Below are positions 56,585-64,000 of a stretch of DNA of 64,000 nucleotides, piece after piece (positions within the stretch are counted from its first letter, which is position 1; each line of letters begins with the position of its first letter). The DNA lies in assembly GCA_964354805.1 (NCBI GenBank), contig CAYHBD010000016.1, forward strand, positions 101,472 through 165,471, read 5' to 3'. Below the pieces are notes generated by a model, which saw nothing but the letters and a program-made list of their open reading frames with translations, searched no databases and was not told where the DNA came from. The stretch is from an uncultured archaeon. Its GTDB lineage: Archaea; Iainarchaeota; Iainarchaeia; Iainarchaeales; GCA-2688035. The position numbers and the translations under genes are program-made.

Positions 56585-57394
56585 TTGATTCTCGGCATTG
56601 ATTTTGGCGCAAGCACAACTGATGCGGTTTTGCTTCAGGGGAGCAGAATAATGCAAAAGGCAACTGCCCCAAAAGTAATTGATTCTGTTAAGGGCTTGAA
56701 TTCTTTTCTTAAAAAAAATAAATTTGATTCTTTTCCAATAAAGCGCGTTGCAATCGCCGGCGGCAAAAGCGCTTTTTTTAAGGGCAAAATTTTGGGCGTG
56801 CAGCCAGTGCATGTGGATGAAATTAACGCGATTGCTTTCGGCGCAAAATTTTTAAGCAAATCAAATCGTTTCCTCGCTGTTTCAATGGGCACCGGCACCT
56901 GCATTGTTTTTTTTGAAAAAGGAAAAGCAAAGCACGTGATTGGCACCGGCTTGGGCGGCGGAACAATAATTGGCTTGAGCAGGCTACTGGTTGGCGAAAC
57001 AGATATAAAAAAGTTAATTAAATTGGCTGCAAAGGGCAATTTGCATAATGTGGATTTGAGCGTTGCAGACATTGTTGGAAAAGGCATTGGGTTGCTGAAT
57101 GCTGATGCTACTGCTGCAAATTTTGCTCAATGTGGAAACTGCAGCAAGGCTGATTTGGCTGCAGGCGTGCAGAACATGGTTGCTGAAGCTGTTGCTGTTC
57201 TCGCAATCTCTGCTGCAAGGCAATATTATTGTAAAAAAATTGTTTTCATTGGGAGAACGCCCTCTTTTACTTTTGTGAAAAAAAGATTGCTGGCTGCTGC
57301 GAAATGCTTTAATGCAACTTTTTCCTTTCCAAAAAACTCTGCTTTTGGCACTGCGCTTGGGGCAGTGTGCTATTTGCAGAGCCGGCTTGCTTGA
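56585..57394 (+). CDS. Type II pantothenate kinase (CoaW/Fumble family)
   Basis: GIDFGAS, VDEINAIAFG, SMGTGT, GTGLGGGT, VDLSVADI, AANF. Confidence 0.8.
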   Translation: MILGIDFGASTTDAVLLQGSRIMQKATAPKVIDSVKGLNSFLKKNKFDSFPIKRVAIAGGKSAFFKGKILGVQPVHVDEINAIAFGAKFLSKSNRFLAVSMGTGTCIVFFEKGKAKHVIGTGLGGGTIIGLSRLLVGETDIKKLIKLAAKGNLHNVDLSVADIVGKGIGLLNADATAANFAQCGNCSKADLAAGVQNMVAEAVAVLAISAARQYYCKKIVFIGRTPSFTFVKKRLLAAAKCFNATFSFPKNSAFGTALGAVCYLQSRLA

Positions 57395-57547
57395 ATCTTA
57401 ATTTAGCCCCTTACCTTACAAAATCGCTGGTTTTAAATGCACTTTTTTGCATAGGATTTACTAAGGGTTTTTAGATAAATATATAAATAAAGAAAATAAT
57501 AAAACATACCAAAAGAAGTTTTAGCAAACCCCTGTGAGGTGTATTGA

Positions 57548-60500
57548 ATGAAGAAGATATTGCTGGCGCCTGTTCTGATATTGCTTGTTTTTGTTTTGTT
57601 CGGCTTTGGGGTGTTTTCTCAAACCGGTGCTGAACCATTTTGTGGAACATCAACATATGGAGCATGCTCAGCAGATTCTGACTGCGTTACGGATGGCTGT
57701 AATGGTCAGATTTGCAGAAGTGTTAAAGAAGGGTCTGCGGATACCGTCGCTTGCCAATGGAGTGATTGCAACATCGACGAGAATTATGGCATGTCTTGCG
57801 GCTGCTTTAATGGCAAATGCCAGTGGTTCCAAGGAACGCAGCAATGCACTGGCGAAGGCCAAAAAATGCCTGTTTATCCTGGTTATGAATGCTGTTCTGG
57901 GTTGGTTGCAATAAGCCCTGCAACGCCAGCAGGTGATAAGTGCTTAACAGTGGTTGGCGCAGTCATTTGCAGCAAATGCGGCAACGGCTCGTGTGAAAGC
58001 TGGGAGAATTACTGCAATTGCCCTGCAGATTGCGAAAAAGGCGCTGAATGCACTGACAGCGATGGCGGCAAAAACTATTATGTGAAGGGAACCACCACTG
58101 GAAGAAAGTGGGCTGATGATAACGAAATTTATTCTCGGACAGATTTTTGTTCTGCTTTAAGCGGAAGCTCGGAAGAACTGCCCAAATGTGAAGGGGATAA
58201 TTGCGGAGTATATGAGTTTTATTGCACGAGTGTAGATAATTCCAAAGAATTTGTTAATGGGACATTGCAGCCTTGCCCAAACGGCTGTGTAGATGGTGCA
58301 TGCGTTGAAAAAGGATGTGTTTGCCCAACTGTTTACGCGCCTGTTTGCGGCGTTGATGGCAAAACCTATTCAAACAAGTGCATTGCGGCATGCGCTGGTG
58401 TTGCTGTTGCTTATGAAGGCGAGTGCAGGTCTGAAACAATAAAGGTTGAGCTCGGCCAGGCGTTCAAGCTGCAGGAAAAGCAGACTGCAATGCTGCTTGA
58501 AAACGGCAGGTATATTGGAATTGACCTAAAGCTAAATATGATCAATTTCGTGCATCCCCCAAAATGTGAAGAGGGCAAGGAATGTGTTTATGCTGCCATT
58601 AGTAATCCGCTCACGGTTGAAGTTGAAGTAAAGCAGACTGTTGGCAACGGCATTGCTGTAACAATAGTTCATCTGACCCTTGGCCAGAGCACAAAAGTGT
58701 TTGGCATAACCCTGACCAATTTGGGGATTAGCCAGACCTCTGCTGCTTTTGTTGCAAAAAAAGATTTTGTGCCGGATTTGATTGAAGTAAATCTCGGGGA
58801 AAAATTCAAAATTACTGAAAACCAGACAGCGCTGGTTCAAAAGAAAAATGAAACAGTAATGAAGCTGAGATTTGAAGGCATAATAATGCCAACCTGCGCT
58901 GGCGGTGGCGGTTCAGCCACGACTTCTTCGGGTGCTGTTTCGGGTGGTGGCGGTTCAACAACCTGTGGTGGCGGCGAACCATATGCGCAGTTCAGTGTAA
59001 GCCTTGCTAACAACGGCATGCATTACATTACTTTGAGGTCAGGCCAGAGCACTGAATTAAGCGGCTATAGAATAACGCTTGGCGATCTGTCTTATTCCAA
59101 TGGAAAATCCCCACTGTCTGCAGAATACACTGCGTCAATGCTTGTTGAAGAAACATTCACGCCAGAGACTGTAATTGCTTATCTTGGAAAGCCATTTGAT
59201 TTAATTAAGGGCCAGAAGGCAATTGTAAAGGAAACAAGCCTGCTGCTAAAGTTGATTGAGCTTGACAATGATGTCGCTGTCTTGGAGGTTTCGCTGCCTG
59301 TAATTATTCACACGACACCAACCGCAGGTGGTAGTGGTGGCATTGTTGCAAAGACAGCAGCTGTAGAGCAGCCTGTAACAACACAGGTGACTGCAACTGA
59401 AAAGGTCCAGATAGTTGAAGCAGTCAAGGTGTCAACAGAGCAGGGAAATATTATTCGCTCCCCTTATGTTAAGCTGAAAGTTGGCGATGAGCAAACGATT
59501 TACGGGCACAAGATTAAATTAAACAGCATTGTTACGATTGCTTCAGATTGCTCTTATGGCGAATGTGTTCCCAGTAACGCTCTAATTGCAAACTTCACTG
59601 TAACCAAAGCAGAAGCGCCTGAAACGAAGACGGTTTACTTGGATGAAAAATTTGATTTGGTCCAAAACCAGACAGCGATTGTTTTGGATGATGGTCCAAA
59701 ATCCGCTCAGATAAGTGAGGCTATAGAAGCAATGAGGGTAAAGCTGCTCGAAATTTCGCAGACTACTTGCGGAGAGCCCAGAGAGCCTACAGTTGGAGAA
59801 AAAGAGAAAGAAGTAATTTGCGATTCAAGGCCGATTGTGAAGGTTGAGGTGCAGTTGCCAGTTGTTGAATGCCCCAAATGCGAGTGCCCTACATGCGAAC
59901 CTTGTGCATGCCCTGAGTGCGAGTGCCCTGTTTCATCTTCCGGGACCTCAGAGCCTTGTGCATGCCCTGAGTGCGAGTGCCCTACATGCGGACCTTGTGC
60001 ATGCCCTGCATGCGGCGGTACAGCAGCCCTGCTTGTTTTGAGGGAAGGCGAGGAAAGAATGGTTGGCGGCTATGTTTTGCGCTTGCTGGATGTTGCAGGC
60101 AATAAAGCTGTTTTCATTGTAAGGGCATCCACAGTTTCGAACATAATTAAGGTAATGCTTGATGAGGAATTCAAGTTGCAGCAAAAGCAGACTGCGCTTG
60201 TGGTGGAAGAAGGCTTGTATATCAAGCTTGAAGGAATTGAAATAACAAAGTGCGGAACTGCTGAAGAAAAATGCGTTGGCGGCAGCTTTGCAAGCGTGAG
60301 CGTTTGGAAAAAGTCCTATGAGGAAACTCAAACAATCGGAGTTTACAAATTGCAGGAAGGAGAATCTTTGAATCTGTATGGCGTTAAAATCGGCTTGCTT
60401 GGATTGGACGCTTATGGCAAGAGCGCGAAGTTTGTTGTAACGAAGGAAAGCGAGTCAGTAATAAACGTGCATACAAACGAGCCGTTCAAACTGCAGCTTA

Positions 60501-61375
60501 GGCAGGCTGCAAGAGTTTTGGAAGCAAACATGAGGATCGATTTGATGGGCATTTCGGAGATTCCAATCCAATGCATAAGGGCGCCTTGCGTTAATCCAAT
60601 GCAAGTGGAAATCAGCGTCAGCAATTACCTTTTCTCAAATGAAGAAACAGGAAAGGCCATTGGTTCAAGCGATTACATTGAAACAGTTGTGCAAGAAACA
60701 GTTGTCAGCAAAGTCAGCAGGGAAGTGGCTGTTCCTGTTCCGCCGCAGCCTTTCCAAACATTTGTTTTGAGCGAGGGCGAAAGCGTTGAGGTCAATGACT
60801 TTGTGATAAAGCTGCTGAGCATTGGCTCCACTGAGAGCGCGGAGTTCATTGTAACAAAGAAAGGCAGCGGTGAAAAGCTGTTCATTGAGATTGTGAGCGG
60901 CTGGAATCTTTTCTCCATTCCGGGCGAGCTTGACATAATTGAGTCAAAAGAATGCGATTCAAGCAATATGAAGATTTTCGAGTATATAGCAAAAGAGAAA
61001 AAGTTTGTCAAGATCACGAGTGGAAAGCCTGGCAGGGCTTACTGGGTTTATAATCCAAGCAATGCCTGCTCTGTGAAGGCAATTGTAAGGGACGCTGTCC
61101 CAATGAGCCAGCTTGATTCGCTTGTTGTCGGCTGGAACTTTGTGCCTGTTACCGTTGACATGATTGGAAGCAAGGTTAGGGACATTGGCAAGGAATGCAG
61201 CCCTAAGGCGGCTTATTTCTATAATGCAAACAGCAGAAAATGGCAGAATGCAATGGACCAGGATTTAAGCGCTGCCGACTTGGGGAAGGCTTTTGCCCTT
61301 TATGCAACAACTGCCTGTTCTTTGGGTGGAACCGAGTTGACTCCGCCAATGCCGCCATTGCCTGAAGGAGGTTAA
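57548..61375 (+). CDS. Large secreted Cys-rich repeat protein (eight-cysteine cluster, Kazal domain, six beta-rich repeats)
   Basis: FCGTSTYGAC..DSDC..DGCNGQIC; CPTVYAPVCGVDGKTYSNKC; repeated V.L...F.L...Q.A.V. Confidence 0.8.
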   Translation: MKKILLAPVLILLVFVLFGFGVFSQTGAEPFCGTSTYGACSADSDCVTDGCNGQICRSVKEGSADTVACQWSDCNIDENYGMSCGCFNGKCQWFQGTQQCTGEGQKMPVYPGYECCSGLVAISPATPAGDKCLTVVGAVICSKCGNGSCESWENYCNCPADCEKGAECTDSDGGKNYYVKGTTTGRKWADDNEIYSRTDFCSALSGSSEELPKCEGDNCGVYEFYCTSVDNSKEFVNGTLQPCPNGCVDGACVEKGCVCPTVYAPVCGVDGKTYSNKCIAACAGVAVAYEGECRSETIKVELGQAFKLQEKQTAMLLENGRYIGIDLKLNMINFVHPPKCEEGKECVYAAISNPLTVEVEVKQTVGNGIAVTIVHLTLGQSTKVFGITLTNLGISQTSAAFVAKKDFVPDLIEVNLGEKFKITENQTALVQKKNETVMKLRFEGIIMPTCAGGGGSATTSSGAVSGGGGSTTCGGGEPYAQFSVSLANNGMHYITLRSGQSTELSGYRITLGDLSYSNGKSPLSAEYTASMLVEETFTPETVIAYLGKPFDLIKGQKAIVKETSLLLKLIELDNDVAVLEVSLPVIIHTTPTAGGSGGIVAKTAAVEQPVTTQVTATEKVQIVEAVKVSTEQGNIIRSPYVKLKVGDEQTIYGHKIKLNSIVTIASDCSYGECVPSNALIANFTVTKAEAPETKTVYLDEKFDLVQNQTAIVLDDGPKSAQISEAIEAMRVKLLEISQTTCGEPREPTVGEKEKEVICDSRPIVKVEVQLPVVECPKCECPTCEPCACPECECPVSSSGTSEPCACPECECPTCGPCACPACGGTAALLVLREGEERMVGGYVLRLLDVAGNKAVFIVRASTVSNIIKVMLDEEFKLQQKQTALVVEEGLYIKLEGIEITKCGTAEEKCVGGSFASVSVWKKSYEETQTIGVYKLQEGESLNLYGVKIGLLGLDAYGKSAKFVVTKESESVINVHTNEPFKLQLRQAARVLEANMRIDLMGISEIPIQCIRAPCVNPMQVEISVSNYLFSNEETGKAIGSSDYIETVVQETVVSKVSREVAVPVPPQPFQTFVLSEGESVEVNDFVIKLLSIGSTESAEFIVTKKGSGEKLFIEIVSGWNLFSIPGELDIIESKECDSSNMKIFEYIAKEKKFVKITSGKPGRAYWVYNPSNACSVKAIVRDAVPMSQLDSLVVGWNFVPVTVDMIGSKVRDIGKECSPKAAYFYNANSRKWQNAMDQDLSAADLGKAFALYATTACSLGGTELTPPMPPLPEGG
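59868..60013 (+). repeat. Intragenic tandem repeat encoding Cys/Pro (CPECECP) tracts
   Basis: CCTTGTGCATGCCCTG three times; TGCGAGTGCCCT three times. Confidence 0.85.
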
Positions 61376-61379
61376 AAAA

Positions 61380-61595
61380 ATGAGCAAAGTAATTGCATTA
61401 ATTGCAGCACTTGCTTTGGTTCTTCTAATCAGCGGCTGCACGCAGCAACCACCACCAGACCAAACAACTTGTGGAAACGGCGAATGTGGTGCTGATGAAA
61501 CAGTTGACAGCTGCCCTGCGGACTGCGAGGCGCCGCCAATGCCGGCAGATCAAGCAGCAGGGGAAAATGAAGCGCCGCCAAGCCTGCCGTTCTAA
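61380..61595 (+). CDS. Small lipoprotein-like protein consisting of one CGNG module
   Basis: ISGC; CGNGECGADETVDSCPADC; GGAGGT SD. Confidence 0.75.
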   Translation: MSKVIALIAALALVLLISGCTQQPPPDQTTCGNGECGADETVDSCPADCEAPPMPADQAAGENEAPPSLPF

Positions 61596-61693
61596 ATAGC
61601 CAGTTAATTTAAAGGAAATGTAGGGTAAAGCCGGCAATCCTGCAGAAAAAGAATTTTAAAGGAATTGCCTCTACTTATTATCTGGTAGTTGCC

Positions 61694-62416
61694 TTGATAG
61701 AACTAAGGGATGTAGCTGTTTTGCAGCATGCGATTGACGCGATTTCTTCTTTTATCAGCGAGGGCAATTTTCGCTTCAACGATAATGGAATCAGCCTGAA
61801 GGCAACTGACCCGAGCCAGGTTGTTTTGGTGAATTTCAGCATTGCAAAGAACGCGTTTGAAAAATTCAAGGTTGAGCCAACGCTTGTCGGCGTGGATGTG
61901 CAGGAGCTGAATAAAATAATTGCAAGGGCCATGCCAAATGACAGGTTGACAATGGATTTAACCGACAACGAATTGAACATTAAGCTGGAGGGCGACTTGA
62001 GCAGGTCATTTTCCCTTCCGTTGATTGATGTCGGCGAAGACGAAATAAATATTCCAGATCCAAAGTTTGATGCAAGCATTGAAATAAACGCAAGGATTCT
62101 AAAAGAGGCTTTGAGGGACGCTGGCTTGTTCGGCAGCAGCGTTGTGCTGAAAGTGAAGGGCAGCCAGCTTTTCATTGAGGCAAGGGGCAGCGCCGGAACA
62201 CTGAACACAATTGCAAAGACCCCAAAGTACGTGAGCGTTAAAAGCACTGCAGAGGTTGTGAGCAAATACAGCCTGAGCTTCCTGCAGAACATTGTCCGAA
62301 ACGCGGCCAACGAGGAAAAAATCTCCATGCAGCTGCGTAGTGATGCGCCAATGAGGGTAAGCTACAAAATCGGCCCTGCTTCTCTCGAATTCCACCTGGC
62401 GCACATGATATTGTAA
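61694..62416 (+). CDS. pcn: PCNA sliding clamp 2
   Basis: ATDPSQVVLV, LPLIDV, YSLSFL; divergent end FHLAHMIL. Confidence 0.92.
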   Translation: MIELRDVAVLQHAIDAISSFISEGNFRFNDNGISLKATDPSQVVLVNFSIAKNAFEKFKVEPTLVGVDVQELNKIIARAMPNDRLTMDLTDNELNIKLEGDLSRSFSLPLIDVGEDEINIPDPKFDASIEINARILKEALRDAGLFGSSVVLKVKGSQLFIEARGSAGTLNTIAKTPKYVSVKSTAEVVSKYSLSFLQNIVRNAANEEKISMQLRSDAPMRVSYKIGPASLEFHLAHMIL

Positions 62417-62433
62417 GCTGGAGCAAGATCTCC

Positions 62434-63273
62434 CTAGGTGTTATTTTGTAATTGATCCAAACATGTTTTTCTAAAGGCTTCGTCTAAAATCTCTTCGCAT
62501 GAAGCAGTGCCTGTTGCATTAGAAAAAATAAAATTACTAAACCTGGCGTTGCATGAGGCCTTTTGCCTTTCATCTGTTAATTCTTCGCAAACTGCTCTGT
62601 CATTTAATTTTATGGCAATGAGACCGAAGCATTCCGCCACATAAGAATAATTTGCGCCTTCACTGAAACACTTAACACAAATTTCTTGGTTAATTTTTGA
62701 GGAGTCTATCCTATGGCAGTCACTGGCGTAACATTTTTCATAAATATCCCGGCATAGGGCTGTGGTTTCATCAATTACCTCTTGGCATCTGTTTTCAGGG
62801 CACAGAATGCCTATACCGCCAACTGTCATGCTATAATCAACTTTAATTGTTTCACCAGAAGCTATTGACAGCTTTGTACACCCTCCTACAATATAACCAT
62901 CTTTAGATGCGCTTTCTTTAAGAAAACACAATATATAAGTGCCAGGCAACAACTCTAACCTATAATTTCCACCTGCATCGGTTTTTGCAAATACGTTAGG
63001 CAAACCCAGATTTTCTTGCTTTGCCTCCCTCGCGTCTACAATACCGCTCCTCTGCCTATACACTTCCAAAGAACTTAGCCAACTATCATAATTGGTTTCA
63101 GGCACTGCTACAACAGAATAGTTTGTTAAAGGATAAGGGGTGGGGAAGCCAACATCATTGACTCCGTATACCGATCCAAAGACCCCCGTTGTAATTCCAG
63201 GAGAATTCAAACACCCCGTCAATAAAATAAAAGAACTAGCAAATATCAAAAGTGGCAAAATAATTTTTTTCAT
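62434..63273 (-). CDS. Secreted lipoprotein-like Cys-repeat protein
   Basis: LTGC, TDAGGNYRLELLPGTY, C..I......C repeats. Confidence 0.65.
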   Translation of the reverse strand: MKKIILPLLIFASSFILLTGCLNSPGITTGVFGSVYGVNDVGFPTPYPLTNYSVVAVPETNYDSWLSSLEVYRQRSGIVDAREAKQENLGLPNVFAKTDAGGNYRLELLPGTYILCFLKESASKDGYIVGGCTKLSIASGETIKVDYSMTVGGIGILCPENRCQEVIDETTALCRDIYEKCYASDCHRIDSSKINQEICVKCFSEGANYSYVAECFGLIAIKLNDRAVCEELTDERQKASCNARFSNFIFSNATGTASCEEILDEAFRKTCLDQLQNNT

Positions 63274-63493
63274 TTGTTATATTATAACATTTCTCATATT
63301 TAAAGGCGCAACATGGTCTAACTTTGGGACAAAATTAGGTGATTTTGTTATTTGTTTAATGATTAGCAGCGTTCGGGCGCATCAATTTGCGTATAAGTTA
63401 ACTTTATTAAGTTCTTTGCTGTAGAGTTTGTTTGTCTTATCTCCCTGCCTTTGCACCTGCAACGGCAGGTTCATCATTTCCAAGGCTGCGCTC

Positions 63494-63826
63494 TTATTCA
63501 ACTTCTATCAAAATTCTTTTTTTGTCCAACAGGCTTACTTCTATTGGTTCGCCTGCCTTCAAGTCTGCGCATCTTGCCAAATCCTTGCTGAAGTAAAACC
63601 CTATCCTGTCTTTTGAAAGCTTGATGACTTTTTGTCTTATGCTTAGCGCCGGCAGTTCCTTAAGCAATTCTTTTCTTTTTAAGTCTTTTACTACTGCCTC
63701 ACTCTTTTTCTCGTCAAAGAACAGTTCGCCGCATTTTTTGCATTCAAAGCCTTCGCTGGGCAAATCGCTGTCTTCGACATCAACAGTGAATCTTTCGAGG
63801 CTTCCGCCGCATTTTTTGCATTTCAT
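63494..63826 (-). CDS. Zn-ribbon plus AbrB-domain antitoxin-like protein
   Basis: CKKCGG...CKKCGE; KVIKLSKDRIGFYFSKDL...LKAGEPIEV. Confidence 0.8.
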   Translation of the reverse strand: MKCKKCGGSLERFTVDVEDSDLPSEGFECKKCGELFFDEKKSEAVVKDLKRKELLKELPALSIRQKVIKLSKDRIGFYFSKDLARCADLKAGEPIEVSLLDKKRILIEVE

Positions 63827-63827
63827 T

Positions 63828-64000
63828 TCAATCCTCCCTTTTTGCGTTAATTACTTTCAATATATTCCTTTCCTTATCCCTTTTGCAAAAAACATACACT
63901 TTTCGCCCTTTAAATTCAATGAAGTCTTTTCCCTTCCTTTTCTGTCGTCCAGTGAAGATTGTTTCGACAACCAGGCTCCAAGGAACAAACCTTTCGTGGA
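63828..64000 (-). CDS. Probable cognate toxin (RelE/BrnT-like fold), 5' end outside window
   Basis: Open frame HERFVPWSLVVETIF...LKVINAKRED* directly upstream of the antitoxin. Confidence 0.55.
   Translation of the reverse strand, partial: HERFVPWSLVVETIFTGRQKRKGKDFIEFKGRKVYVFCKRDKERNILKVINAKRED

Overview
Archaeal chromosomal window. The gene set (Cdc48, Orc1/Cdc6, RFC-L, two PCNAs, Csl4, RpoL, Nob1, LonB, PheST, class III pilins) and the many basic orphans suggest a DPANN-type organism; the taxonomy is my inference. I saw no rRNA, tRNA or CRISPR array. The main observation is five secreted carbohydrate-enzyme-like proteins (genes A-E: GHL15-like, GH20, PL10-like and two CBM+TIM-barrel paralogs). 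Their catalytic bodies fall into four unrelated classes, yet all five end in the same ~40-aa Cys-bracketed tail (2x17-aa repeat, QWKxG) and sit behind the same ~45-bp promoter. The tails have been swapped between unrelated genes. The D/E spacer is a hybrid of the two flanks of gene C and includes a copy of the pheT 3' end. This looks like an undescribed docking-tag/exoenzyme cassette system. Also present: a REP-like repeat family with C-GNA-G triloop hairpins (one copy in-frame in lonB), covarying tandem hairpins, echoes of gene 3' ends, three LAGLIDADG elements (one intein, two free-standing), an H1/HMG-like protein pair behind cdc6, a duplicated membrane microprotein module, and an OPT-type II pantothenate kinase pair.
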